Shown in pieces: positions 38,753 through 49,005 of a stretch of DNA of 64,000 bases (positions within the stretch are counted from its first letter, which is position 1; every line of letters starts with the position of its first letter). This DNA is from an uncultured Bacteroidales bacterium (GTDB lineage: Bacteria; Bacteroidota; Bacteroidia; Bacteroidales; UBA12077), in contig CAZDCZ010000003.1 of NCBI GenBank assembly GCA_964504155.1, positions 194-64,193 on the forward strand, read 5' to 3'. The notes under the pieces are model-generated. The model was not told the origin of the DNA. It saw only the letters and a program-made list of their open reading frames with translations, and ran no database searches. Position numbers and translations under genes: made by a program.

Positions 38753-39628
38753 TTATTTTTTGCTCATATCGATAACACTCATTATTCTTTCTAAATCTTC
38801 ATCAGATTTAAATGGAATAACTATTTTCCCTGCTCCTTTACTATTTCTTTTCAAATCGATTTTTGAATCGAAAAAATTACCAAGATGATTTTTTAATTGA
38901 ATATATTCTTCTTCAAGTTTTATTTTTCCATCTTTCTTAGGATTCTCTGAACTTGGGTTATTTATATTTCTAACTAACTCTTCAGATTTTCTTACAGAAA
39001 GACCTCCGTCAATAATCTTATAATATGTTTTTAATTGAGTTTTTGCATTCTCAATATTTACAAGAGCTCTGGCATGCCCCATAGAGATCTGTTTATCGCG
39101 TATTCCAAGCTGAATTTCAGCAGGTAATTTTAATAAACGCAAATAATTCGATACAGTAGATCTTTTCTTTCCAACTCTATCGCTCATGCTTTCTTGAGTA
39201 AGTCTACACTCTTCTATTAATCGTTGATAACTAATAGCTATCTCAATTGCATCAAGGTCTTCGCGTTGAATATTTTCAACCAAAGCCAACTCTAACAATT
39301 CCTGATCTTCGGCAAAACGAACAAATGCCGGCATTCTTTTTAGCCCGGCAATCTGAGAAGCTCGAAACCGGCGTTCCCCGGCAATCAGCTGAAATTTATG
39401 ATTATTAATTTTCCGTACAGTAATTGGTTGTATTATTCCCAATTCCTTTATTGAAGTAGCAAGTTCGTTTAATGCTTCTTCATCGAAATTTTTTCTTGGT
39501 TGAAATGGGTTTACTTCAATTTTGTTAATATCAATCTCGTTAACAGAATCGGCAGTAACTGTCTTCTCTAGCCCTGCATCATCAATTAATGCTCCCAATC
39601 CTTTCCCTAATGCGTTTCTTTTAGCCAT
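38753..39628 (-). CDS. parB: Chromosome partitioning protein ParB/Spo0J
   Basis: 291 aa. It has the ParB box LIAGERRFRA, an HTH segment (SMSDRVGKKRSTVSNYLRLL) and GHARAL. Confidence 0.93.
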   Translation of the reverse strand: MAKRNALGKGLGALIDDAGLEKTVTADSVNEIDINKIEVNPFQPRKNFDEEALNELATSIKELGIIQPITVRKINNHKFQLIAGERRFRASQIAGLKRMPAFVRFAEDQELLELALVENIQREDLDAIEIAISYQRLIEECRLTQESMSDRVGKKRSTVSNYLRLLKLPAEIQLGIRDKQISMGHARALVNIENAKTQLKTYYKIIDGGLSVRKSEELVRNINNPSSENPKKDGKIKLEEEYIQLKNHLGNFFDSKIDLKRNSKGAGKIVIPFKSDEDLERIMSVIDMSKK

Positions 39629-39666
39629 TCTCCTACAAAATAATAAAGTAAATAATATGTGTTAAG

Positions 39667-40467
39667 TTATTCTACAACTTTTTCTTCGTTGCTAATATTG
39701 GTGTTATTGTTTTTTTGTAATATTTCTCGTGCTAGGTTAAGATAATTTACTGCTCCTTTAGAATTTGCATCATAAAGTATTGCAGGTTTTCCATAACTTG
39801 GTGATTCGCTAAGCTTAATATTTCTTTGAATAATTGTATCAAATACCATTGATGCGAAATGTTTTTTAACCTCATCAACAACCTGATTTGCTAGTCTTAA
39901 ACGAGCATCATACATTGTAAGTAAGAAACCTTCGATTTCTAAATTTTTATTTAATCGCGATTGAATAATTTTAATGGTATTTAGTAATTTCCCTAATCCT
40001 TCTAAAGCATAATATTCGCATTGAACAGGTATTAATACAGAGTCGGCTGCAGTAAGAGCGTTTACGGTTATTAATCCAAGCGAAGGAGAACAATCGATTA
40101 ATATATAATCGTAATCGTCTCTAATTTTCTCAATAACTTTTATTAGCATAAATTCTCGGTCGGGCTGATTTAACATTTCTATTTCAGCTCCTACTAAATC
40201 AATATGCGATGGTATTAAATCTAAATTTTCTATTTCGCTGTTTAAGATTATACTTTTAGGATCAACATCATCAATTAAACATTCGTATATACTGGTTTTT
40301 ATTGCTCGAGTATCGAAACCTGTTCCCGATGTGGCATTTGCCTGAGGGTCGGCATCTATAATAAGAACTTTCTTCTCTAATACTGCTAAACTTGCCGCTA
40401 AGTTAATAGCCGAAGTAGTTTTCCCAACTCCTCCTTTTTGATTCGCTAATGCAATTACTTTTGCCAT
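39667..40467 (-). CDS. parA: Chromosome partitioning ATPase ParA/Soj
   Basis: 266 aa. It has the deviant Walker [11 protein letters not shown] and [11 protein letters not shown]. Confidence 0.93.
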   Translation of the reverse strand: MAKVIALANQKGGVGKTTSAINLAASLAVLEKKVLIIDADPQANATSGTGFDTRAIKTSIYECLIDDVDPKSIILNSEIENLDLIPSHIDLVGAEIEMLNQPDREFMLIKVIEKIRDDYDYILIDCSPSLGLITVNALTAADSVLIPVQCEYYALEGLGKLLNTIKIIQSRLNKNLEIEGFLLTMYDARLRLANQVVDEVKKHFASMVFDTIIQRNIKLSESPSYGKPAILYDANSKGAVNYLNLAREILQKNNNTNISNEEKVVE

Positions 40468-40535
40468 ATATATCGATTTTTAATTTCTAATATTGAGTGT
40501 TCTAATTTAAGTTAAAAATTTTAAAATAAGAAATC

Positions 40536-40543
40536 CAAAAATA
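40536..40543 (-). promoter_or_regulatory. Candidate -7 box (TATTTTTG on the minus strand) for parA-parB
   Basis: Plus-strand caaaaata is the reverse complement of TATTTTTG. It lies 69 nt upstream of the parA start. Confidence 0.3.
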
Positions 40544-40667
40544 CAATTTTAATGTATTATTATAATTGAAGTAATTAAGAATTGTAAACAATTATCTTTG
40601 TTTTATTAACAACTTATTAACAATGCAGGCTGCATTATTTGATTAATAAGAACTTAGTACTAATTTT

Positions 40668-41678
40668 TTACTCCATATTCTGTTCCTGAAATTTTTTCAA
40701 ACATTCTTCCAATAAATATTTTTTCTCTACAGGAGCAACTCCAATTTTTTCGCATACTAATCCACCGGCAATATTCGATATTGTAGCTATATCTGCGGCT
40801 TTTAACTTAGCGGCTAAACATAAACTTGCAATACTTATCATTGTGTCGCCGGCTCCCGACACATCAGCAATATCGCGAATTTCGGCCGGAACTATTTTGT
40901 AAGAATTGTTAGAACTTACAAATACTCCTAATTCCGACAATGTAACTAATATTATTTCTGTTGACAATTTTTTTTGCAATTTTTTACCAATTTCAAAAAT
41001 ACCATTAAAATCATCTTTCGCTATCTCCGATTTCATTCCTTCAACTAGCTCTTTAAAATTTGGTTTAAAGAGTGTTACATTTTTATAATTATTAAAATTA
41101 CGTTTTTTAGGATCTACTAAAGTTACAATATTTTTTCTATTTGCTATTTTTACAATTTCATCAATTACTTTTGTTGTTATGCATCCTTTGTCGTAATCTT
41201 CAAATATTATGGCATCAATATTTCTCGATAAAATAATTTTTTTAATTCTATCAATCAATATTTTTTCTACTTCGCTATTCAATTCAGTATCAATTTCTTC
41301 ATCAACTCTTATTAGATGTTGATTATCGGAAATAATGCGCGTTTTAACAGTTGTTTTTCTCGATTTATCTTCAACAATTCCTTCTTGCGATAATTTTCGT
41401 TTTTTTAACAAACTATTAAAAGTATGAGCTTTAGCATCGTTACCTATAACCGAACACAAAATAGCATTTGCTCCAAGTGCTTGTACATTAAGAGCAACAT
41501 TAGCTGCTCCTCCAAGTCGATTTTCTTGATGTGTACTAGAAATAATTGGCACCGGAGCTTCCGGAGAAATACGACTAACTTTTCCCCACATATACGAATC
41601 AATCATAACATCGCCAATAATAATAATGTTAAAATTGTTAAACGAATCAAATATTTCTTTTATATTAATCTTACTCAC
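40668..41678 (-). CDS. PfkB-family sugar kinase, D-glycero-beta-D-manno-heptose-7-phosphate kinase-like (RfaE domain I only)
   Basis: 336 aa. The N-terminus IIIIGDVMIDSYMWGKVSRISPEAPVPI and the GGAANVA and DVSGAGDT motifs are characteristic of RfaE/HldA kinase domains. No adenylyltransferase domain is fused. Confidence 0.75.
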   Translation of the reverse strand: MSKINIKEIFDSFNNFNIIIIGDVMIDSYMWGKVSRISPEAPVPIISSTHQENRLGGAANVALNVQALGANAILCSVIGNDAKAHTFNSLLKKRKLSQEGIVEDKSRKTTVKTRIISDNQHLIRVDEEIDTELNSEVEKILIDRIKKIILSRNIDAIIFEDYDKGCITTKVIDEIVKIANRKNIVTLVDPKKRNFNNYKNVTLFKPNFKELVEGMKSEIAKDDFNGIFEIGKKLQKKLSTEIILVTLSELGVFVSSNNSYKIVPAEIRDIADVSGAGDTMISIASLCLAAKLKAADIATISNIAGGLVCEKIGVAPVEKKYLLEECLKKFQEQNME

Positions 41679-41738
41679 AATTATATTTTTTACAAAGATA
41701 AAAAAATGATATTAATCTATTATTAGCAATAATTATAA

Positions 41739-42848
41739 TTATTTTCTTTCAAGCATTACCTCGTATAAAACATCCCACATTTTTCCGGTAAGGAATAGTT
41801 TGTCGGAATTTTTATCGTATGCAATGCCATTTAATACCATATCGGCTTCATTTTTATATTTCTTCGGCACAAGATTACTACAATCGACTTTAGCTATAAC
41901 TTTTCCGTTTTTAGGGTTAATAATAACAATATAATCGGTTTGCCATACATTAGCATAAATATTTCCGTTAATGTATTCAAGTTCGTTTAACATCGTAATT
42001 TCCCTTGAATTATCGCATACTTTTAGTTCCCCAATCTTATAAAAATAATTTGGATCGAGAAAATACAAAGTACTACTCCCATCGCTCATAATTAATTTTT
42101 CTCCATCGAAAGTAATCCCCCATCCCTCGGTAGGATATTGTATTTTGTTTATTAATTCAAAATTTTCTTTGTTGTAAACAAATCCCATTCTCGATCTCCA
42201 TGTTAGTTGTATTATTTTATCATTATAAGCTGTTATTCCTTCTCCAAAAAATTGTCGAGGAATTTTCAAACTTTCTATTAGTTTACCTGTTTCTAACTCC
42301 ACTTTTCTGAGCGATGATGCTCCATATTGTCCTGTTCCTTCGAACAATATTCCATTATCGACAAATAATCCTTGAGTATATGCTTTTGAATCGTGAGGAA
42401 ATTTATTAATTATTTTTGCTCTATAATTTACAGGATGAATATCCGACAATAATTTAATCGACAATTCAGAATTATCAACAATATTATTTTCCTTATAAAC
42501 TGCTAGCTTTATATTGCTATTCCCAACTGTAAAATCGGCAGTATTTAAAACAAATGAGTTATCGAGAAAATTAAATTTTAATTTTCTCTTATTATTTACA
42601 AAAACGATAAGAGAATCGGGTTTTATTGTATCTATCAAATAGTTTACATTAATAACTATATTATCGCCTGTAAAATATTGCCCTTTCTTATTAAGCGATA
42701 TTTTTATAATATCTATTTTTATCGGTTCATCAATTATTTCCGATTTAGTTTCTTTTTGTTTAAAACTACTTTTGTCATTTTTATTTTCGGAACAAGAACT
42801 TACAATAATCAAAATCCCTATAATAAAATTTAGCAATATGATTTTCAC
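41739..42848 (-). CDS. Glutaminyl-peptide cyclotransferase (beta-propeller, plant-type QC) lipoprotein with N-terminal Ig-like domain
   Basis: 369 aa. It has a lipoprotein signal (IIVSSC). The C-terminal roughly 230 aa carry YTQGLFVDNGILFEGTGQYGASSLRKVELETGK and NGIAYD, typical of the glutamine cyclotransferase family. Confidence 0.8.
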   Translation of the reverse strand: MKIILLNFIIGILIIVSSCSENKNDKSSFKQKETKSEIIDEPIKIDIIKISLNKKGQYFTGDNIVINVNYLIDTIKPDSLIVFVNNKRKLKFNFLDNSFVLNTADFTVGNSNIKLAVYKENNIVDNSELSIKLLSDIHPVNYRAKIINKFPHDSKAYTQGLFVDNGILFEGTGQYGASSLRKVELETGKLIESLKIPRQFFGEGITAYNDKIIQLTWRSRMGFVYNKENFELINKIQYPTEGWGITFDGEKLIMSDGSSTLYFLDPNYFYKIGELKVCDNSREITMLNELEYINGNIYANVWQTDYIVIINPKNGKVIAKVDCSNLVPKKYKNEADMVLNGIAYDKNSDKLFLTGKMWDVLYEVMLERK

Positions 42849-42876
42849 AATTATTTGTTTTAATTTAACTTTTGTT

Positions 42877-43320
42877 TTACACTTTATATTTATTGAATAA
42901 CTCTTTTAATCTATTCCAAAACGATTTCTTGCTAGATATTCGTTTTAATTCGTCTTTAATATCAATATTATAAACTTCGGGGTTTAATTCTTGCCATATT
43001 TTACTCCATCCAAGAAAGCCTCCAATATTTTTATCATCAATATAAATATCGGCATTTATTTTTCTACTTACAGTATTATCGTAAATTTCTTCGGGGTAAT
43101 TTTTATTTACTGCATAAAATTTTATTCCATTTTTTTTACAAAATTCTACTGCATCACTAAGTTCTTTGCCAGTTCTGTATGTCCATAGAATTAACAAAGC
43201 CCCTTCGTCTTGCATTGCTTTAAGGGTTTCAAATGCAAACAATTTTGTTTTTCCAATCTTGGGATACTCATGTTCTACAATAGTTCCGTCAAAATCTACA
43301 GCAATCTTAATATTCAACAT
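42877..43320 (-). CDS. Small HAD-superfamily-like hydrolase
   Basis: 147 aa. It has the N-terminal nucleophile motif AVDFDGTIV and a late IYIDDK segment. The function is not assignable. Confidence 0.45.
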   Translation of the reverse strand: MLNIKIAVDFDGTIVEHEYPKIGKTKLFAFETLKAMQDEGALLILWTYRTGKELSDAVEFCKKNGIKFYAVNKNYPEEIYDNTVSRKINADIYIDDKNIGGFLGWSKIWQELNPEVYNIDIKDELKRISSKKSFWNRLKELFNKYKV

Positions 43321-43383
43321 GATTTTTCAATAAGAATTCGAGCAATTACAAAAATAACATAATAATTCATAGGTTTAAATATT

Positions 43384-44457
43384 TTAATTAAATGAATAAC
43401 TAAGCGAAAAGATATTTGAATATATTGCAATGGAATTATCACCAATATCGGTTAAAGCATAATCTATTCTAAAATCTTTATATTTAATTCCTAAACCAAA
43501 ATTTGGTTGCATGGTAAGTTCTTTCGACATATTATAATTCTGCACTTTTTGGAAGTTACATATTCCTAATCGTAAAAATACAAAATCTGCGTAATCAAAT
43601 TCAACACCTATCCTTGGCGTTATACTAAGAAAATCGGTTTGAATTAAAACATTTCTTTTCCCATCGAGAGTAATATCTACATCCAATTCTATTTGCGACG
43701 AAAATTTCTTATATATTTGAAAATTTCTTGAAACTCCGAAAATCACACGAGGGAGCGTTAATTCGAGAGCATCGTCAGGGGCAAAATTAAATACACTATC
43801 TTCAACTTCTATTAATAATTCGTTTTCGTTAAAATTCCACACATTGAAAGTAGATGTAATATCTTTCCCCATGGCAGCAAACATCCAATTATTATAGGAA
43901 TATTGTATTCCTACATCAAGTCCAAACCCCCATGCATTTGCAAATTTTCCAATATTACGATATATTATCTTAACGCTACCTCCATATTTCAATCCTTTAA
44001 TTTTGCTTTTTGATGAGTATGAAAACAGAAAAGCATAATCGGCTGCTGAGAAATACGAAATTCTATCGTAATCGACATTTCCATCTTTATCGATAAGATC
44101 TGTAGTATTTGGAATATCATCTACTCCAAAACGAATAAGAGACACTCCTATTCTACTATTTGTATCAAGAGCCATTGTCGCCCCAAGGTAATCGTATTTA
44201 GCAATTCCTGAAAAATATTCGGCATGCATTAATCCTGCGTCAAATTTTTTATCTATTCCCGACAAACCGGCAGGATTCCAATAACCGGCTGTTACATCGT
44301 TTACATTAGCAATTATTGAATTCCCCATCCCTAAAGAACGTGCTCCAACACCAATTGTAAGAAACTCGTTACTATATTTAGTTGTTTGAGAAAATATATT
44401 TATCGAAATAAAAATAAACAATAAAAATACATTTAATTTTTTAATCATTATTCGCAT
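43384..44457 (-). CDS. PorV/PorQ-family outer-membrane beta-barrel protein (second paralog)
   Basis: 357 aa. The signal peptide ends IFS|QTT. It has the motif FLTIGVGARSLGMGNSIIANVNDVTAGYWNPAGL and a C-terminal aromatic end (SYSFN). Confidence 0.7.
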   Translation of the reverse strand: MRIMIKKLNVFLLFIFISINIFSQTTKYSNEFLTIGVGARSLGMGNSIIANVNDVTAGYWNPAGLSGIDKKFDAGLMHAEYFSGIAKYDYLGATMALDTNSRIGVSLIRFGVDDIPNTTDLIDKDGNVDYDRISYFSAADYAFLFSYSSKSKIKGLKYGGSVKIIYRNIGKFANAWGFGLDVGIQYSYNNWMFAAMGKDITSTFNVWNFNENELLIEVEDSVFNFAPDDALELTLPRVIFGVSRNFQIYKKFSSQIELDVDITLDGKRNVLIQTDFLSITPRIGVEFDYADFVFLRLGICNFQKVQNYNMSKELTMQPNFGLGIKYKDFRIDYALTDIGDNSIAIYSNIFSLSYSFN

Positions 44458-44613
44458 AATTAGAATTGATAAAGATACTTGAATCTAAAATAAAACCCAT
44501 TAAGTATTCTATTTTTTACAAAAAAAACAATCTATAAAAGATATTCCTAATAATGTATTTTAAGACAATCAATAGTTATTTTCAAAATATTTAACAAACT
44601 GTTTTTTTTAACT

Positions 44614-44621
44614 TATTTTTG
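44614..44621 (+). promoter_or_regulatory. Candidate -7 box (TATTTTTG) for pssA
   Basis: TAnnTTTG match 30 nt upstream of the ATG at 44651. Confidence 0.35.
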
Positions 44622-44650
44622 TGAAAAATATTGTTTAAAAATAACATATT

Positions 44651-45400
44651 ATGAAAAAATCGCTGTTACGTTATATTCCAAATTCGCTAACTTCATTAAA
44701 TCTTTTAACAGGATGTATTTCTATTGTTCTTGCTTTCGAAGGACATTTAATAATAGCCTCATATTTAGTATTATTATCATCAATATTCGATTTTTTAGAC
44801 GGAATGACAGCCAGATTGTTAAATATGTATTCTGAATTAGGGAAACAACTCGATTCTATGGCCGACATGATAAGTTTTGGTTTAGTTCCAGCTATTCTTG
44901 TTTTTAATTTTCAGAAAAATAATTATTTAATGAATAACGGTTCTTTTAATTTGTTAGAATTATCATTTTCTGAATTATTACTCATGTTTTCTCCTTTTAT
45001 CATTGCAATATTTTCGGGAATACGACTTGCAGAATTTAATATAGACAAAAGACAAAGCAATTCGTTCATTGGGCTTCCGACTCCTGCTAATGCTATATTT
45101 TTTGCATCATTAATAATTATATCAAATATTTATCCCGAAAGTTTTATTAATACGATTACAAATAATAAATTAATATTACTTGGAGTAATAATATTTTTCT
45201 CATTTATGTTAGTTGCTGAATTTCCTATGTTCTCGTTAAAATTTAAAAATCTTAAATTTTCAGAAAATAAAATTCGCTACTTCTTTATTGGAATATCTGT
45301 AATATTATTAATATCATTGCATACAGTTGCAATACCGATAATTATATTATTTTATATAATTTTATCGGCAATAAATAATTGGTTTATAAAACAAAAGTAA
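44651..45400 (+). CDS. pssA: CDP-diacylglycerol--serine O-phosphatidyltransferase
   Basis: 249 aa. It has the CDP-alcohol phosphatidyltransferase motif DFLDGMTARLLNMYSELGKQLDSMADMISFG and multiple TM helices. Confidence 0.85.
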   Translation: MKKSLLRYIPNSLTSLNLLTGCISIVLAFEGHLIIASYLVLLSSIFDFLDGMTARLLNMYSELGKQLDSMADMISFGLVPAILVFNFQKNNYLMNNGSFNLLELSFSELLLMFSPFIIAIFSGIRLAEFNIDKRQSNSFIGLPTPANAIFFASLIIISNIYPESFINTITNNKLILLGVIIFFSFMLVAEFPMFSLKFKNLKFSENKIRYFFIGISVILLISLHTVAIPIIILFYIILSAINNWFIKQK

Positions 45401-45427
45401 TATTAACAAACAATAATTTTTTACAGC

Positions 45428-45685
45428 ATGAAATTCATAGCCGAAATAAATGTAATGCCATTAAAAGCTTTACTCGACCCACAAGGAAAAGCTGTTACAA
45501 ACAGCATGAAAAATATTGGTTTTTCTAACATCTCGAATGTTAGAATTGGGAAACATATAATTTTAGAGTTAGAAGCTGACACTAAAGAACAAGCAATGGG
45601 AAAAATAAATGATGCTTGTAATAAAATATTGTCTAATCCGATAATGGAAGGATATGATTATACTTTAAAAGAAATAAAAAACTAA
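45428..45685 (+). CDS. purS: Phosphoribosylformylglycinamidine synthase subunit PurS
   Basis: 85 aa. The pattern VMPLKALLDPQGKAVTNSMKNIGF...RIGKHIILELE matches PurS. Confidence 0.85.
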   Translation: MKFIAEINVMPLKALLDPQGKAVTNSMKNIGFSNISNVRIGKHIILELEADTKEQAMGKINDACNKILSNPIMEGYDYTLKEIKN

Positions 45686-45693
45686 AATATTCA

Positions 45694-46788
45694 TCACTTT
45701 TTATTCATTACTTCAGTTTGTCTTTGTATTGATTCTTTATGAATAAGCTGAAGTAATTTTTTTACAAAATCTTCTGATAATCCAAGATTTTTCCCTGAGT
45801 TTATTCGTGTCTCAATAATTTTTTCCCAACGTAGTAATTGTAAAATTGTAATTTCGTTTTTACTTTTATACTCGCCTATTTTTACAACAATGTTCATTCT
45901 TTGCGATAACAATTCTAACATTTGATGGTCGATAGAATCTATTTGCTCTCTTAATGACTCTAGTTTACTAACAAAATTACTATTATGGGATATTGTTTTT
46001 CTAAAAACTAAATTATCTATTAATAAGTTAAATTCCTTAGGTGTTAATTGTTGAGCAGCATCGCTAAGAGCTTCTTTTGGATTACAATGCGATTCAATCA
46101 TCAAACCATTAAAATTTAAGTCTAAAGCTTTTTGAGACACTTCTTGTATAAGTTCTTTTTTACCTGTTATATGACTAGGATCACATAATATCGGAAAATC
46201 GTGAAATTTGCTTTTAAACTCTATAGGTATTTCCCACTTGGGAATATTTCGCATCTGTGTTTTCTCGAAAGGATAAAAGCCTCTATGTACAGCAGCTAAT
46301 TTTCTTATTCCTGCATTATAGAGTCTTTCAATTGCTCCAATCCAAAGATTAATATCTGGATTTATCGGATTTTTAACCAAAATCGGGACATCAATTCCAA
46401 CAAGACTTTTAGCTAATTCTTGCATAGAAAATGGATTTGATGTTGTTCTAGCACCAATCCAAAATACATCGATATCGTATTTCAATGCTATTTCAACATG
46501 TTTGGGAGTAGCGACTTCAACTGCAACAAGTAAATTTGTTTCTTTCTTAACCTTTTTCAACCATATAAGGCCATCTTCACCAACACCTTCGAATGTTCCG
46601 GGGCGTGTTCTAGGTTTCCATACTCCGGCTCTAAAAATATTTACTTTTTTTGTTTTCTCAAGTTCAATAGCTGTTTTTAGAATCTGTTTTTCAGATTCGG
46701 CACTACATGGACCGGCAATTATTATTGGACCTTCTGTTAGATTATCGAACCACTTATTAATTGGTATAATATCTTTAAATATTTTCAT
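45694..46788 (-). CDS. Bifunctional 3-deoxy-7-phosphoheptulonate (DAHP) synthase / chorismate mutase type II
   Basis: 364 aa. It has an N-terminal type I-beta DAHPS/KDO8PS-like barrel (IIAGPCSAES, FRAGVWKPRT, CDPSH). The C-terminal chorismate mutase helix is IDSIDHQMLELLSQRMNIVVKIGEYK. It ends in tandem TGA TGA. Confidence 0.85.
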   Translation of the reverse strand: MKIFKDIIPINKWFDNLTEGPIIIAGPCSAESEKQILKTAIELEKTKKVNIFRAGVWKPRTRPGTFEGVGEDGLIWLKKVKKETNLLVAVEVATPKHVEIALKYDIDVFWIGARTTSNPFSMQELAKSLVGIDVPILVKNPINPDINLWIGAIERLYNAGIRKLAAVHRGFYPFEKTQMRNIPKWEIPIEFKSKFHDFPILCDPSHITGKKELIQEVSQKALDLNFNGLMIESHCNPKEALSDAAQQLTPKEFNLLIDNLVFRKTISHNSNFVSKLESLREQIDSIDHQMLELLSQRMNIVVKIGEYKSKNEITILQLLRWEKIIETRINSGKNLGLSEDFVKKLLQLIHKESIQRQTEVMNKK

Positions 46789-46875
46789 TCTATAAAAATA
46801 TATTTTTTACCGGTAAAGATAACTAAAGCTCAATTTTTAGGAAAGAAATATTTCAATAAGAAATGCTTACTGCTA

Positions 46876-47505
46876 TTATCTACACAAAAATACTGTACCT
46901 CTTCTTGGTTTAATTGAATTATCGAGAGCTTTAATAATATAAAAATATGTCCCCTGACTTAGCTCGTTACCTGAACTATTTCTACCATCCCAAGTTACAA
47001 TAGGGGCTTTTTGAGAAAACACTAATATTCCGGAACGACTAAAAACAGAAATACTATATTCAATTATTCCTGATGCTTTGATGATAAACAAATCGTTCTT
47101 ACCATCACCATTCGGAGTAAAAACATTTGGGATTTCTAATACATCTTGAAATAATCCTTTTCTTTCTTTTGAGAAAATATTTCCCGAAGAAATTTCTTCT
47201 ACCTTAAATTTTACAGAATATTCGCCTAAATTATCAAAGTTATATCTAATAGTCGGCAGAGTATCATTTATTTCAACTTCGCTTATTTTACCTTCATCAA
47301 AAATCCACGAAAAAAAATAATCACTCGTATCTGCTACTTCAAATAAAATTGTATCGGAATTCGAAAAGTAATTTCCTTCACAAAAAATAGTTTGAGAAGG
47401 AATTTTTTTTGCATTTATCCCAAACCCAACACTATCAATCTGAGCGTGAGCGAATTGAGAAAAATAAAAAATTGAAATAATAATAAATAATATAAATTTC
47501 TTCAT
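46876..47505 (-). CDS. Small secreted protein with T9SS type-B (gliding-motility-associated, CHU_C) C-terminal sorting domain
   Basis: 209 aa. The signal peptide ends AHA|QID. The C-terminal pattern is NVFTPNGDGKNDLF...WDGRNSSGNELSQGTYFYII. Confidence 0.8.
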   Translation of the reverse strand: MKKFILFIIISIFYFSQFAHAQIDSVGFGINAKKIPSQTIFCEGNYFSNSDTILFEVADTSDYFFSWIFDEGKISEVEINDTLPTIRYNFDNLGEYSVKFKVEEISSGNIFSKERKGLFQDVLEIPNVFTPNGDGKNDLFIIKASGIIEYSISVFSRSGILVFSQKAPIVTWDGRNSSGNELSQGTYFYIIKALDNSIKPRRGTVFLCR

Positions 47506-47552
47506 TTATTAATTAATTTAAACGTAAATATATAAAATCGATTTTTATATAT

Positions 47553-48656
47553 TTAAATTTTTTCAGTTAATTTTTTAACTATTTTAAAATTATAAAAGAA
47601 TTCTTTAGCAATAATTCTTAAAATTGTATACGCAGGGATTGCTAAAACCATACCTGGTATTCCTGCTAAACTTCCCGCCATCATAATAACCAAGAATATT
47701 TCTAAGGGATGTGCCTTAACACTATTTGAGAAAATAAGCGGCTGAAACAACACATTATCAACAATTTGCACCGACACAAAGACAATTAACATATACATTA
47801 TTAAAGGTAACAATTCTGTATAAAAAGCCATATCAATATTTACAGCAACACCTAGTATTACTCCCATAAACACACCTATTATGGGGCCTATATAGGGAAT
47901 TACATTCATTATACCAACAAATAAACCAATAACTAAAGCATCGGAAAAATCTAATCCTACAATTGTAAGTCCAATTGAAATAAGCACTACAATAGCCAAA
48001 ATCTGAATTATAATTCCTATAAAATATCTTGTTAATAACTTTTTTATAGATGATAATATATGTTTAGTTTTCTCTAAAAATTTATCCGGTATCAAAACTA
48101 ATATTCCATTATAAAATAATGTTTCGTCTTTTAAAAAGAAAAAAGTTATAAACGAAATAGCAAAAAAAGTTATAAAAATATTACCTAATACACCTGCGAA
48201 AGTTCCGAAAAAATTGGACAACTTTGACACATTAACTAAAGAAATGAATTTTTTTGAAATATATTTTTCAAATGACTCATAATTCTTTATATCTAAATTT
48301 ATTTTTTTTGCAAAAACTTCTGCGCTTTGAATTGGTTTTTCGAGATGTGTAACAACAGTTTGAACATCAATTTTTGATAATTCATTTGTCTTATTTACTA
48401 TTAGCGGAATAAATATTCTAAAAAAAATAAGAATAACACTCCACAATAACACCACTGTAATAAAGGCGCTTATAGCTTTTGGAAATTTAATTTTCTTAAT
48501 ATGAATCTTATTTAATAGTTCAACAAGTGGTCGACCAATTATTGATAATACTCCGGAGATTAAAATATAAATAACTACTGATTTGAAATACCACAAGAAA
48601 TAAACAACAAATAATACTCCAATGGCTATAAAAATATATTTTAAATTTTTATTCAT
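47553..48656 (-). CDS. AI-2E family transporter (PerM/UPF0118)
   Basis: 367 aa with about 8 TM helices. The conserved central segment is NVIPYIGPIIG. Confidence 0.75.
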   Translation of the reverse strand: MNKNLKYIFIAIGVLFVVYFLWYFKSVVIYILISGVLSIIGRPLVELLNKIHIKKIKFPKAISAFITVVLLWSVILIFFRIFIPLIVNKTNELSKIDVQTVVTHLEKPIQSAEVFAKKINLDIKNYESFEKYISKKFISLVNVSKLSNFFGTFAGVLGNIFITFFAISFITFFFLKDETLFYNGILVLIPDKFLEKTKHILSSIKKLLTRYFIGIIIQILAIVVLISIGLTIVGLDFSDALVIGLFVGIMNVIPYIGPIIGVFMGVILGVAVNIDMAFYTELLPLIMYMLIVFVSVQIVDNVLFQPLIFSNSVKAHPLEIFLVIMMAGSLAGIPGMVLAIPAYTILRIIAKEFFYNFKIVKKLTEKI

Positions 48657-49005
48657 ATATTTATAATTTATTAACTAATTATATGAATTAGTTAATATTT
48701 ATTGCTATTTAAAACTTTGAAATATACCTATTCTAATCGAATATTTTTAAAAGTACTTATAGACATATATTTTTAAAAAACATAGATATTTGCTAAGCTC
48801 TAACACTTAACATTTTCTGCAATTAATAAAATTTAAATATACAAATTTATTTTCTTTTATTACGAATTATCTATATGAAGAATAATTATGTAGCTAATTA
48901 CAACGAATCAATTAAATAAGTTGTGAATTGTATATAATTGAAAGATTAATCGAAATTAATTTTTGATTCTTTGTCTTAAAACCATGAATAACAGACTAGA
49001 TTTTT

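Noticed and set aside
38753-40467. parA-parB as an indicator of a plasmid or integrative element
   Set aside because: The genes are flanked by DUF5683 and a lytic transglycosylase, the usual chromosomal Bacteroidetes arrangement, and by core metabolic genes. No replication initiator, relaxase or conjugation genes are present.
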